Part shown: positions 27,294-37,458 of the stretch, piece after piece
Layout of the letters: every line of letters begins with the position of its first letter
How positions within the stretch are numbered: position 1 is the stretch's first letter
Virus record (IMG/VR): IMGVR_UViG_3300024346_000022
Coordinates: 1-64,000 of that record
DNA: 64,000 nucleotides
Source: a virus
Strand: one strand, 5' to 3'
Made by a program: the position numbers and the translations under genes
The notes under the pieces: model-generated
Told to the model about the DNA's origin: nothing
The model's database searches: none
What the model saw: the letters and a program-made list of their open reading frames with translations, nothing else

Positions 27294-28661
27294 TTATGAT
27301 TGTCCCGTATTCGTTCCGTAATTGCCAAATGTATCTCTAACTAATGTCATAGAAGTATATGAACCTTCGGTATCAAAATGATGGCACAATTCTTTTATCA
27401 TATATAGACCACTTTGTTCGTCGTCATATGTTGCACCATCTTCTCTGGAAATTTTAGGAAACTTACAGGTTATGATATCACCAGCTCTCAAATTAGTGTT
27501 TGAGGGTACGGTCATACTCAAGGTCTGCGTAAAGAGTATGTTGTATCTCATAATTGCTTGTGATTGATACTTAAATGGGTCGGAGTTTCCTTCGGTTGAA
27601 ACTCCAACTTCCACAGTACCAATATCCAAAACCTGAGTTAAAATTCTTGAGGGAGAGTCTCCAAGACTTACATTAGAACTACTTGAAATCTTTGGTAGTT
27701 GAAGTTCTTGCCCTAAATTACTCATACCACTCACATAATCATTCAATCTAAAAGTTCCCTCATCTGGTGGTGTAAACTCAAAGGTTAATGGATTATAAAA
27801 CATTCTATAACTAGAATATACACCTAATCGAAGTTTCTCAATTAAATTTTGATTCCTGTTTGTAGTGTATTGTAAAATATTAAAGTCATTATCTCTTACA
27901 GTTCCCGACTGGTTTACATCACTATAAGTATAAACAAATTCTTTATCATTAAAAGATTTTCTTGGAGGTTGTGAGATTAGGTTATCAATTGACCTAAAAT
28001 TAAAACCATCTTGTGTTTGATAAAATACACATCCTGCCGTTGCGTCTTTCTTTGAGATATCAGGAACTCCTTTGGATGCCAACCATACTAATACCGTAAA
28101 TGGTTTTCTTAGATTACCAATAAATCCATATTTGTTCTGTGTCTTATCAATCTTATCAATCTTATCGGTCTTTAGATATTCTTTGATAATACTTTCTACT
28201 GAATCACTAATTGATTGACCGGGTGGAAACCTTTTTGGAACTCTTGTGGTTTCATTTGTGATTGCCTCTCTCGAAACTAAATTAAGCTCAAAGAATTCTC
28301 GTTGAGACTCTGAAATAACATTTGTAATACTAGAAACATAAAGATAATCTTTCTCATCGGTTGCGAAATCTAGTCCGGGATTTGTTCCAGAATTTCCGGC
28401 AATCTTTAGAGAAACTCTCTCACCACCCCTTAAAGGAAGACCATTATAAATTGACTGAAATTTTCCTGTCGCATTTCCTTCATTATCCTGTGCCTGAATA
28501 GAATCTCCGGTATTTCCCACCTGAATCTTTACGGTAATCGTGGGTGAGAAAATATCCTCATAGTAATCAATAGAAACCGTACCAGTTCTAATGTCAACCG
28601 TTCTTTTCTGGTCGTTGGATTCGAGTATAAGTTCTTCGTAAATTGACTTTTTAGTTGACAT
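27294..28661 (-). CDS. Baseplate hub protein (gp27/VgrG-hub-like)
   Basis: IDYYEDIFSPT, LPLRGGE, FYQTQDGFNFRSID, VP.NTNLRAGD.I, SGLYMIKELCH.F; adjacent to gp5. Confidence 0.65.
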   Translation of the reverse strand: MSTKKSIYEELILESNDQKRTVDIRTGTVSIDYYEDIFSPTITVKIQVGNTGDSIQAQDNEGNATGKFQSIYNGLPLRGGERVSLKIAGNSGTNPGLDFATDEKDYLYVSSITNVISESQREFFELNLVSREAITNETTRVPKRFPPGQSISDSVESIIKEYLKTDKIDKIDKTQNKYGFIGNLRKPFTVLVWLASKGVPDISKKDATAGCVFYQTQDGFNFRSIDNLISQPPRKSFNDKEFVYTYSDVNQSGTVRDNDFNILQYTTNRNQNLIEKLRLGVYSSYRMFYNPLTFEFTPPDEGTFRLNDYVSGMSNLGQELQLPKISSSSNVSLGDSPSRILTQVLDIGTVEVGVSTEGNSDPFKYQSQAIMRYNILFTQTLSMTVPSNTNLRAGDIITCKFPKISREDGATYDDEQSGLYMIKELCHHFDTEGSYTSMTLVRDTFGNYGTNTGQS

Positions 28662-30577
28662 TAGGTATATGCTAAATCTAGTAGAAGTTTCTTTGTGATG
28701 AAACTATTTAACGGATTAATTATGATGGGAATCATCATCGCTCCTCCACCACCAATAGAACCTTGTGATTGTGGTGGTGGTTCTTCTTCTATGATAATAA
28801 TACTAGGTCCAACTTGTTGCTGTGCCAACTGCTGAGATGCTTGTTGTCTCTGTTGAGTTCCTGATGATGTTATTTGTGCTGGTGTTGGTCTAGGTGTAGC
28901 AACTTGTGCTGGTTGTCCCGCAAGTCCAGTAAGTTGTTTTCCGATTGAAAGAAGTCCTAGATATGGTCTTGGGTTTATAGAATTTCCACCTCCCGGTCTT
29001 ACTTCAAAGTGAAGATGTATTCCTGTACTTCCCCCAGTACTTCCAATTTCACCAATTGTTGCTCCATTATAAGTCTGCCCTTGCTTTACATATACCTTTG
29101 CCAAATGAGCGAAGCGATATATGGTATTTCCGGATTTAATATCAACATAATTTCCGTAACCTCCAGAATCAAAAGCAACGAGATTAACCTTACCAGAAAG
29201 TTTTAATGCAACAAAATATCCACGACCCGCTGGAGCTATATCAATTCCATGGTGCATTCTATATTTACCAGATGTGGGTCTTAATCTCATTCCTCTTTCT
29301 GATGTAATTATTCCTGCTGCTCCTCCCGGTTTTCCTTTGAACTGGTCTACAACTGATGTTGAAACTGCTTGTGATGATTGTATTGGTGCTGGTGTTCTTG
29401 GAGTTGTTTGTGTTGGAGATGACTTAACTTGTTCCAAAACCGCCTTAATTTTTTCCGGTTTTAATGAACTACTTTGGTCTTTATAATAAAAATTTCCATA
29501 AGCATTTGGAAGCGCAGCCCATTCTTGAGAAAGACCTTGCATAAAAGTTTCAGTAGGAATTCTGCCTGCCAACCAAGCATTACCTCCTCTACCTTCAATT
29601 TGTTTTATGGCAAGAACATCTTGAACTTGTGGGCTAAAAACTGTATTTTCATTGAAACCCGCTGCTTTTGCTCTACCAAGAAGAAACTGGGGCATTTGTT
29701 GATAACGACCAGAAGCACCAGGAGCATTTCTAGCAATTTCACCAATTGTCATTTGACTTAATCCGGGTCTTACTCCTCTAGGAGCACCGTTTTGGGCATC
29801 ATAACCATTATTTTTTTTATCAGTTGAAGACTCAACAGAAGAAATTATGTCTAATAATGGTTTCCATTTTCCTCCACCAGAAGAACCAGAAGGTTGCTCT
29901 CGCATACTCTCATTTTCATATTGAGTTCCAAAGGGTTGTGCATCCTCCCCACTCACAACTCCTTCTCCAAGAGATGTTGTGAGTAACTTAAATCCTTCAT
30001 CAAACTGACTTTGCATATCCTCAAAAGTACCACCCAAATCCTTTAAGGAACTCTCAACTCTTCCCTTACTATCCGTAAAGTCAAAGGTTAGAATATTTTT
30101 ACCAACGGCACCTAAGAGATTTCCAAATCCTCTAAACAACTTTATGGTATTATCAAAAAATCCAGTTACAATAGTATAAAGTCTTTGTATTCTAGCAATC
30201 AATTCTTGTGCCATCGTAATAATTGATGGCAAATTAGTAAGCAACCATCCAACTAATAGTGTTCCTAAGAAGTCCATAATTCTTCCAAGAAATCCTTTAG
30301 CACTTGAGGCAACTGCTTTTGCCTGCCTCTTAACCACACCACCAATAGTTGATGCTTCTAACAAGTCTTCTTTATTCTTTCTTCTTTCATCTTCTTGTCT
30401 TCTTTGAGACAAAATAGAATTTCTTGATAGTAATTCTTTTTTTACTTTTGTTTTCTTTAACAAAACATTATTAAGATTTCCAGAATTCTTCCTAAGTCCA
30501 GAAAATGAATCCTTTACCGATTTAATTCCTGAACGAATATTAAGAAGACTACTGGATGGTTTTACTGCTACTGCCAT
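28661..30577 (-). CDS. Virion lysin: lysozyme/transglycosylase-like domain plus M23 peptidase
   Basis: ES...ASGRYQ...F.P..QD...LSQEWAALP; M23 HHGID and HLHFEV motifs. Confidence 0.8.
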   Translation of the reverse strand: MAVAVKPSSSLLNIRSGIKSVKDSFSGLRKNSGNLNNVLLKKTKVKKELLSRNSILSQRRQEDERRKNKEDLLEASTIGGVVKRQAKAVASSAKGFLGRIMDFLGTLLVGWLLTNLPSIITMAQELIARIQRLYTIVTGFFDNTIKLFRGFGNLLGAVGKNILTFDFTDSKGRVESSLKDLGGTFEDMQSQFDEGFKLLTTSLGEGVVSGEDAQPFGTQYENESMREQPSGSSGGGKWKPLLDIISSVESSTDKKNNGYDAQNGAPRGVRPGLSQMTIGEIARNAPGASGRYQQMPQFLLGRAKAAGFNENTVFSPQVQDVLAIKQIEGRGGNAWLAGRIPTETFMQGLSQEWAALPNAYGNFYYKDQSSSLKPEKIKAVLEQVKSSPTQTTPRTPAPIQSSQAVSTSVVDQFKGKPGGAAGIITSERGMRLRPTSGKYRMHHGIDIAPAGRGYFVALKLSGKVNLVAFDSGGYGNYVDIKSGNTIYRFAHLAKVYVKQGQTYNGATIGEIGSTGGSTGIHLHFEVRPGGGNSINPRPYLGLLSIGKQLTGLAGQPAQVATPRPTPAQITSSGTQQRQQASQQLAQQQVGPSIIIIEEEPPPQSQGSIGGGGAMMIPIIINPLNSFITKKLLLDLAYT

Positions 30578-30578
30578 C

Positions 30579-32300
30579 TTATGTCACCACATTATAATTT
30601 ACTTGTGAATAGAGCACATAGAAATTATCTGGATTTGATGCTGATATTGCCGGGACCTGATTTACTGAACCACCAGTGGGGGCGGCACCAGATCTTTGTT
30701 GGGCGGAAGATGCTATTCTTTTATAAACTACATTCGGTGCTGGTGCTGGTGCTGGACCAACATTAACCTGTGTGGAAACTCTATTGGTTTGTGCTGGTAA
30801 TGGTTTTATATTTACCTGACTTGGTTGTGATGAAACTTGATTACCTTCTTCTGGTGTTATATTAACTTCACCATATTGTGGTGCCTGAGTGAAATCAATT
30901 GAAGATGCCTGTTTCTCCAAATCAACCATTTGCTGATTGAATGACATATCAGAGGCAGGAGCAGAAGCAGCAACAGATGTAGTAGAAGGTGTAGCGGCAA
31001 AAGTTGTTGGTGGTTTTGTAGATGATGGTATTACTGGACTTTGTGGTTTTGCTGGTGAGGGTTTTGCTGATACAGAAGAAGTTGCTGCTGGTGTTTGGGG
31101 TTTTCCAAAAAATTTATCATATATGTCTTTACCAAATCCAGAACCAACACTATATCCAGCAATTCCTCCTGCAAAAGATCCTACAGGACCTAAAAGCCCA
31201 CCTACTGCGGCAGATGGAGCCGCTGCAATAACACCAGCCGCAGCTCCTGCAAGTGCCCTGCCAGGATCCTCTCCCATAGCAATATCTAATGCTGTTCCTA
31301 CAGTTCCTTGAATAAAAGGACCACCAATATTTCTTAATAACCCTCTGCCAAATCTACTGGCGGTAGAAAGTAATCCTCTTCCACCAGCGCCAGCATTTGG
31401 CGCTGCAGGTGCTGCAGGAACTACTGGCGTTGGTGGTGGTTTTTGTTTTCCAAGACCAAGCAAGGCTGCTCCGGCACCCTTTAAAAGATTTCCAAGTGCT
31501 CCAAAAAATCGACCGACAGTATTCTTAAGTAACCATCCACCAATCTTAAGAGATAATCTAGTAATAGTTGCTGCAATTGCAAAAAATCCACCATTCAATA
31601 AGAATAATGTTGCGGCACCAATTCCAAGAGCCTTTAGAACATTATCTCTAATTTCTATTAATTTTTTACCATTATCTTCTGATAGTGCTCGAAGAGTTTC
31701 AATTCCTTGATTTGTCAGCCATCCAAGTAACAGTGTTCCAAAGAACTGTGATAATCTACTTAAAATAGATTGTGTTTTTTCTGCGATTGCCTGAACCGGA
31801 GCAATTAATGCACTTTGTATTGCTCTTTCTAAAAGACTTTCTCTACCTGCTCTTAATCCTAATTCTGCTGCTCTTCTTTGTTCCTCGTTTTCTTGTTTTA
31901 TACGATTTTGTTCTAGAATACTATCATTAGTAATTGCTTTCGTAACATTATTTAACGAATTGTTAAAACCAGTAATTTCACCTCTTAAACTTCCAACGAG
32001 TTCTTGTACTCCGTTTATCGTCTGTGTCTGAATGAATATTACTTTATTTAAGTTGGCAACTTCAGAACTTAAGGTATTAACCTGACTCTGTACGGTAGTT
32101 ATTGATGTAGATTGAGACTTTACAATTGACAGAGTTTCTGGATCCGATTTCTTACTGATTGGAACAAGTGCTCCACCGCCACCAAAAATATTTGACGATA
32201 CTTGACTTTTTTTGAAGAGTGCCTTTCTTCTTTCCGCAGACAAATAGGACCCCGATATAGGATCCACTCCACTTTGAGCTACTTGTGCTAAATCAGCCAT
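30579..32300 (-). CDS. Tail/baseplate protein, tape-measure- or gp29-like
   Basis: Coiled-coil N-terminus and Gly/Ala-rich hydrophobic segments; lies just downstream of gp51. Confidence 0.5.
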   Translation of the reverse strand: MADLAQVAQSGVDPISGSYLSAERRKALFKKSQVSSNIFGGGGALVPISKKSDPETLSIVKSQSTSITTVQSQVNTLSSEVANLNKVIFIQTQTINGVQELVGSLRGEITGFNNSLNNVTKAITNDSILEQNRIKQENEEQRRAAELGLRAGRESLLERAIQSALIAPVQAIAEKTQSILSRLSQFFGTLLLGWLTNQGIETLRALSEDNGKKLIEIRDNVLKALGIGAATLFLLNGGFFAIAATITRLSLKIGGWLLKNTVGRFFGALGNLLKGAGAALLGLGKQKPPPTPVVPAAPAAPNAGAGGRGLLSTASRFGRGLLRNIGGPFIQGTVGTALDIAMGEDPGRALAGAAAGVIAAAPSAAVGGLLGPVGSFAGGIAGYSVGSGFGKDIYDKFFGKPQTPAATSSVSAKPSPAKPQSPVIPSSTKPPTTFAATPSTTSVAASAPASDMSFNQQMVDLEKQASSIDFTQAPQYGEVNITPEEGNQVSSQPSQVNIKPLPAQTNRVSTQVNVGPAPAPAPNVVYKRIASSAQQRSGAAPTGGSVNQVPAISASNPDNFYVLYSQVNYNVVT

Positions 32301-32466
32301 TTGCTTGATTCTTTAGGTTTTCTTCTTCAATATAATTTTGGAGTAAAGTTATATAAATTTCCCGTTCCCAAGGTATCATTTCCTCTAGTTCAGTCAAAGA
32401 GTATTTATGATGCTGAATTAATGCGAAAGTTGTCTTATAGTATGACGCAAGATCAGTATGCGCCAT
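32293..32466 (-). CDS. gp51: Baseplate hub assembly protein gp51
   Basis: Not in the ORF track. Reads MAHTDLASYYKTTFALIQHHKYSLTELEEMIPWEREIYITLLQNYIEEEN. Confidence 0.85.
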   Translation of the reverse strand: MAHTDLASYYKTTFALIQHHKYSLTELEEMIPWEREIYITLLQNYIEEENLKNQANG

Positions 32467-32468
32467 AC

Positions 32469-33188
32469 TCACACGAAAAAAGCCGATAATCCCTCCAATA
32501 CAACTTCACTTTCTACACCAGTCTTTGGATTTTTAATCTTGATTGTATGTGAAAGTTTAGGCATAGTCTCAAAGAACTTCTCAACTTCTTTAAATTGTTT
32601 AGAACTTAATTGTTCCACAAATTCTAATAGTTCTTTTTTAGTAGAATCCTTTGCCACCCAAGATTCTTCTTCTGAATAAATTTGATCGATACATGATATA
32701 ATTAAATCAAAAGTATCATCAACACTTACACTATCACCAGAATCAAAATTATTCTTAATAAATTCTGTCATAGATGGATATCTCATTCTCAAAGTCAGAG
32801 TATCATCCAATTTAATATCACGAGAATGTTTTGGATTCTCCTCAACATTAATTTCGTCCAAATTGATACTCATCGGAACCTGTGTCGTTTCATCATCAGG
32901 GCAGGTAATCAAAACATCTACAGTTTCTCCAACTGATTTACCTCTGATATTAAGAAACAAGTACTCAATATCAAATGTGGATAGGTCTTCTACTTTAATA
33001 CCTTTGCTTAAGATACAATTCGAGATTACAGTTTTAACAGCATTTGCGATTTGCTTGGAATCTTCGCTTTCCAGAGCAATAATTAGAATTTTTTCTTCTT
33101 TAACCAGAAAGGGTCTATATCTAATTTTCTTTTTTAATGATGGAATTTCTAGCTCGTAAATTGGCGTTGTAATACGGGGGAGCGGCAT
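32469..33188 (-). CDS. gp26: Baseplate hub subunit gp26
   Basis: MPLP...YELEIPS...YRPFLVKEEKILIIALES...FDIEYLFLNIRGKSVGE. Confidence 0.9.
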   Translation of the reverse strand: MPLPRITTPIYELEIPSLKKKIRYRPFLVKEEKILIIALESEDSKQIANAVKTVISNCILSKGIKVEDLSTFDIEYLFLNIRGKSVGETVDVLITCPDDETTQVPMSINLDEINVEENPKHSRDIKLDDTLTLRMRYPSMTEFIKNNFDSGDSVSVDDTFDLIISCIDQIYSEEESWVAKDSTKKELLEFVEQLSSKQFKEVEKFFETMPKLSHTIKIKNPKTGVESEVVLEGLSAFFV

Positions 33189-33220
33189 TTTATTTAATTA
33201 TAAAGTTCAGATAAACTTAT

Positions 33221-33979
33221 TTATGTTACAATTCTTGGATTTACATTTCCTGGAGTAAGAATAACACCCCTTACACCACTTTCTCCAAGTGTGGAACCGG
33301 GTCTATAAACAACTCTTTGAGTATTAGATTCGCCAGTATCACTATTGAAAAGTTTATTATTGTCATTATTTTGTATAAAATCCAAACTTAATGTTCTGCC
33401 ACAAACATATCGTTCATAATTAAATGTTGCATTTACTTTTAATACATCAGAACCACTATACTGAACTGGTATAGAACTCAAAGAAAGTGGAAAAAGTCCA
33501 AAGAAATTATATTCAATTTCTGCGTTATAATCTCGGTCAAATTTAATAATTTTAGTCATATTGCTCTTATAGTCCTTTGGATATCTCATCCTAAAATAGT
33601 AACCGTCAACGGATGGATTCTCATTAGACCCACTGGAAATAAATTCCATCCAGTGCTCTATAAATTTTAAAGTTTTATAATCACTATCCACATAAAATTC
33701 TAGACCGATTTCTGTAAAGATTCTACGATGAGCGACTCTTTCATTTACCCCGGTATAATTATTTGTAACCTCGGCAGTTGCCAAAGAAGTTCCGGGTAGT
33801 GATGCCGAAAAACAAAGTAATCCGGCTTCATTACTAATAAATAATGGGTCAACACCTCTTATCGCAAGATGCGATAAAAGTGGACCGGGCAGACCACCAA
33901 ACACAACCTGAAAGTGTGAGCTCTGGGCGAGATTCGTAAAGAGTGGTTTAAAGTCGGATATTCTGCGGATACTAGGCAC
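33221..33979 (-). CDS. Tail tube-like protein (gp54/gp19 family)
   Basis: LLCFSASLPG, FYVD..Y....FIEHWM, YNF.G.FP.S.S...Y....LKV..TF.Y.RY. Confidence 0.65.
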   Translation of the reverse strand: MPSIRRISDFKPLFTNLAQSSHFQVVFGGLPGPLLSHLAIRGVDPLFISNEAGLLCFSASLPGTSLATAEVTNNYTGVNERVAHRRIFTEIGLEFYVDSDYKTLKFIEHWMEFISSGSNENPSVDGYYFRMRYPKDYKSNMTKIIKFDRDYNAEIEYNFFGLFPLSLSSIPVQYSGSDVLKVNATFNYERYVCGRTLSLDFIQNNDNNKLFNSDTGESNTQRVVYRPGSTLGESGVRGVILTPGNVNPRIVT

Positions 33980-34020
33980 TCTAAATACCTTTTATGAGTC
34001 TTAATAGTATAAGTATTTAG

Positions 34021-34464
34021 ATGTCTTATAAGGGAAAGTTTAAACCATCATTTCCGGAAAAGTATGTTGGAGACCCGACAAATATTATCTACCGGTCTCT
34101 GTGGGAACTGAAGTTTCTCAAATATTGTGATACGAATGAAAATATTTTAGAATATGCCTCCGAAGAACTTGCCATTCCTTATCGTTCCCCGATAGATGGT
34201 AAAGTTCATAGATATTTTCCCGATGCTTATATAAAAGTCAAGGAACCAGATGGAAGCATTAAAAAATATTTGATTGAGATTAAACCTTATAAGCAAACGA
34301 TGCCACCACCAAAACCAAAAAGGCAGACCAAAGGATACATCTATGAAGCATATGAGTATGCCAAGAACCAATCAAAATGGGAAGCAGCAAGAGAATATTG
34401 TAAGGACAAAGGATGGACCTTTAGAGTTCTCACGGAAAATGAATTGGGGATTTCCAAAAAATGA
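34021..34464 (+). CDS. gp4: Head completion nuclease gp4
   Basis: YKGKFKP..PEKYVGD...IYRSLWE...HRYFPD...IEIKP..Q...NQSKWEAA. Confidence 0.92.
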   Translation: MSYKGKFKPSFPEKYVGDPTNIIYRSLWELKFLKYCDTNENILEYASEELAIPYRSPIDGKVHRYFPDAYIKVKEPDGSIKKYLIEIKPYKQTMPPPKPKRQTKGYIYEAYEYAKNQSKWEAAREYCKDKGWTFRVLTENELGISKK

Positions 34465-34808
34465 ACCGCATCAAACCCCTACTTAAAAAATTATATGGAA
34501 CAGAAGATGCCGATGATTTAATGTTGGAGATACTTGATGTATTAAAACAAACCACCGGTTCTCCAGAAGCAGGTAATATCTATACTTTTGTTTATAAACC
34601 AAAGACACCGGGTATAAGATATGATGCAAATCCGTTGGTTGCCGTTACAAATGTTTATTCTTGGGGATTTAGTGGTATTAACTTCCACTGGGGGGAAAAA
34701 CGACAATATACTCTTGAGGAAGTGATTGGACCTCTACATATTGTGAATAAAAATGAGCTTGGTGATTTAAGAAGAATGCCTTTCGGACAAATCAAGATAA
34801 ATAACTAA
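34461..34808 (+). CDS. Short DNA end protector gp2-like protein
   Basis: YTFVYKPKT...YD.NPLV...GF.GINFHW motif. Confidence 0.55.
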   Translation: MNRIKPLLKKLYGTEDADDLMLEILDVLKQTTGSPEAGNIYTFVYKPKTPGIRYDANPLVAVTNVYSWGFSGINFHWGEKRQYTLEEVIGPLHIVNKNELGDLRRMPFGQIKINN

Positions 34809-34817
34809 AAAAGATAA

Positions 34818-35795
34818 ATGGTAAACGGATTTAACGTATCAGCAAGTTTATCGCCAAATGCGGAAAGAATTGCGGCGTCTGCTTCTGCAAAACTTTCCTC
34901 GTCTGTGGCACCTCTTAGATATCCACAGAAAAGTATTGGAAAAAATGATGATTACCTAGAAATAGGTGTGATTGAGTATGTTGCCAATAAATTAACATTG
35001 GGGCAAGATAATCTTAAATTAAGATCTCAAACAGAAGCAATACAACAATCTAATCAAAAAGCAAAACAAACAATACAACTACCAATACCATCAAATATTG
35101 GAGATACAAATCAAGTTGATTGGGGTAATGGAGATAGTTTAAATGCTCTTCAAGCTGCAGGAGTAACGAACATAGGAAATGTTCTTACAAGTAGTAATTT
35201 GGGAAAAGGTATTATTGATGCTTTTAAATCTATGGGAACAACCGCAAAGAATGTTGCAATCCAAGGTGGGGGACAAGATTTAGTTACGAGTTATTTTAGC
35301 GCAGAGTTAATAAACACATTAGGGGCAAACGTATCTCCAGAATCACTTATATCAAGAGCAACGGGTCAAGTTTTAAATCCAAATCTAGAATTACTTTTCA
35401 GTGGTGTCAATCTAAGGACTTTTCAATTTGATTTTGATTTTGCTCCAAGAGACGAAAAAGAATCTAATGTCGTTAAAGAAATTATAAGAGTCTTTAAGCA
35501 ATCTATGGCACCTAGAACTGGCAGTAATACTGAAGGGGCTGGATTATTCATTAAAGCGCCGAATGTTTTCCTCCTAAAATATAAGAGTGGAAGTCAGGAG
35601 CATCCTTATCTAAACAAATTTAAACCCTGTGCTTTGACAAGTATGGGTATGAATTATACGGGTTCTGGTTCATATGCGACTTATGCGGATAAAACTCCGG
35701 TTCATATGAAATTGTCTCTTAGTTTTACCGAACTCAATCCAATTTATAATGAAGATTATAATAGTAGTGTTGGTCTTCAAGCAGTAGGTTACTGA
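34818..35795 (+). CDS. gp48: Baseplate tail tube cap gp48
   Basis: LRYP, LPIP, NPNLELLFSGV.LR.F.F.F.FAPR...E, K.CALT...NY. Confidence 0.88.
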   Translation: MVNGFNVSASLSPNAERIAASASAKLSSSVAPLRYPQKSIGKNDDYLEIGVIEYVANKLTLGQDNLKLRSQTEAIQQSNQKAKQTIQLPIPSNIGDTNQVDWGNGDSLNALQAAGVTNIGNVLTSSNLGKGIIDAFKSMGTTAKNVAIQGGGQDLVTSYFSAELINTLGANVSPESLISRATGQVLNPNLELLFSGVNLRTFQFDFDFAPRDEKESNVVKEIIRVFKQSMAPRTGSNTEGAGLFIKAPNVFLLKYKSGSQEHPYLNKFKPCALTSMGMNYTGSGSYATYADKTPVHMKLSLSFTELNPIYNEDYNSSVGLQAVGY

Positions 35796-35796
35796 T

Positions 35797-36444
35797 ATGT
35801 CTTATTTTAGAGAGCTTCCAGATTTAGAGTATCAATCACCTTTTGCCGATAGTAATTCCTCACAGAATTATGTAAGGGCAAAGAATTTATTTCGTCGTAT
35901 AAAACTTCGTGATGACTTAAAAAATGTTTTTACTCTGTTTAATAAGTATCAGATTCCAGAAGGAGCAAGACCCGATACTGTTGCCGAAGAAGTTTATGGA
36001 AAAGCAGATTATGACTGGGTTGTTTTATTGACCGCAGGTATTATAAATGTCAGAGATGAATGGCCTCTTTCTAATAAAGACTTATACACATATGCGGAAG
36101 AAGTTTATGGAAATGACCTAAATGCCATACATCATTATGAAACCACAGAAGTCAAAGATTCTAATGGACGACTTATACTTCCATCTGGTAAGATTGTTGA
36201 TTCTAACTTTACTATTCCAAAACCAAATGATTACTTGGCAACATTAAATCCGGTTGTTGGGATTAGTAATTATGTATATCAAACTAGAAAAAATGAGGCA
36301 AATAGGACAATCTATCTTTTAAGAACGGATTATTTACAACAATATCTAAATGATATGAAAAAGATTATGTATTATGAAAAGTCTTCTCAATATATTAATA
36401 AAAAATTAATTCGCACCGAGAATACAAGAGTCACGATGCCATAA
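35797..36444 (+). CDS. gp53: Baseplate wedge subunit gp53
   Basis: MSYFRELP...KNLFRR...RPDTVAEEVYG...DWVVLL...EWP...HHYET. Confidence 0.9.
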   Translation: MSYFRELPDLEYQSPFADSNSSQNYVRAKNLFRRIKLRDDLKNVFTLFNKYQIPEGARPDTVAEEVYGKADYDWVVLLTAGIINVRDEWPLSNKDLYTYAEEVYGNDLNAIHHYETTEVKDSNGRLILPSGKIVDSNFTIPKPNDYLATLNPVVGISNYVYQTRKNEANRTIYLLRTDYLQQYLNDMKKIMYYEKSSQYINKKLIRTENTRVTMP

Positions 36445-36468
36445 AAAAAGGGGAGAAATCTCCCCTTT
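36442..36468. terminator. Bidirectional intrinsic terminator between gp53 and gp32
   Basis: aaaaaaaggggaga-aa-tctccccttt hairpin between convergent genes. Confidence 0.8.
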
Positions 36469-36474
36469 ACTAAA

Positions 36475-37386
36475 CTATTCTGCTAATTTTGCGAAATATG
36501 ACAATTCGTCAAAATCCTCATCATCAACCGCAACAGAGCGAGATGATTTTAGACTATTGAGTTCTCCACGAAGATCCTCGGTGAGTGATGGTGCCGAACC
36601 ACGATAGTCATCCTCATCATTAACTTCTTCATCAGTACGACGAGAACCTTTAGTTCCAAGAACAGAATCAAGACGAGTCTTCAGTTCTTCATAAGACTTA
36701 AACTGACTTGGGGCAACAAGTTCAGCGAGAGAGTTCTGCTTCTTCCATAGTGCCTCCAGAGCATCATCATCATCCAGAAGAGGTCCAGGAACAGCAAACT
36801 CACTCGAATCATAGTTACGATATCCGGCAACATTCTTTGCCTTCAGTTTAAAGTTAGCACCTTTCCAGAAGTCAAATGGGTCAATTGATTCCTCATCCTC
36901 AAACTCAGGTTGCATCGCCGCAGTAAGTTTGTCAAAGATTTTTTTGCCGAACTTATACAGAAAAACACCACCTTCGTTTTCTGGATTAGCGGGGTCTTTT
37001 ACGACATAAATGTTGGAAATATACGTCAGTTTGCGCTTCTGTTTGCGAGCAATTTCTTTACCAGCGTCAGTTCCATTATTCCAAAGTTCAGAATTATATT
37101 CCGAAACTGGATCTTTTTCTCCAATAGTAGTCCTACTATTTTCAATATACCAACCTCCGGTTCCCTGAAATGCGTGACTATAAAGTTTTACAAACGGCAG
37201 GTCTTCTCCATCAGGAGCAGGAAGAAAGCGAATTACCGCATAACCATTATTTGCTTTGTCGCATTCGAGTTTCCAGAAACGCTCATCCCCCGAACTACTA
37301 CTATTATTCATTTTTTGAACTTCTTTAACTAGTTTTTCAGTTAAAGAACCTAGTTTGGATTGTTTTTTAAGATTTGCAAATGACAT
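36475..37386 (-). CDS. gp32: Single-stranded DNA-binding protein gp32
   Basis: DERFWK..DKANNGYAVIRFLP, HAFQG.GGWYIEN, FGKKIFDK, GANFKLK, NYD.SEF; acidic tail. Confidence 0.96.
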   Translation of the reverse strand: MSFANLKKQSKLGSLTEKLVKEVQKMNNSSSSGDERFWKLECDKANNGYAVIRFLPAPDGEDLPFVKLYSHAFQGTGGWYIENSRTTIGEKDPVSEYNSELWNNGTDAGKEIARKQKRKLTYISNIYVVKDPANPENEGGVFLYKFGKKIFDKLTAAMQPEFEDEESIDPFDFWKGANFKLKAKNVAGYRNYDSSEFAVPGPLLDDDDALEALWKKQNSLAELVAPSQFKSYEELKTRLDSVLGTKGSRRTDEEVNDEDDYRGSAPSLTEDLRGELNSLKSSRSVAVDDEDFDELSYFAKLAE

Positions 37387-37429
37387 TTGGATTTTTTGGA
37401 TAAATTGGATTTGTTTTTATGACATCTTT

Positions 37430-37458
37430 ATTATAGAAGATTTATAAAGGGATGTCAA
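37430..37458 (-). promoter_or_regulatory. Consensus sigma70 promoter for gp32; -35 box overlaps the endonuclease stop codon
   Basis: TTGACA (37453-37458)-17bp-TATAAT (37430-37435). Confidence 0.8.
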
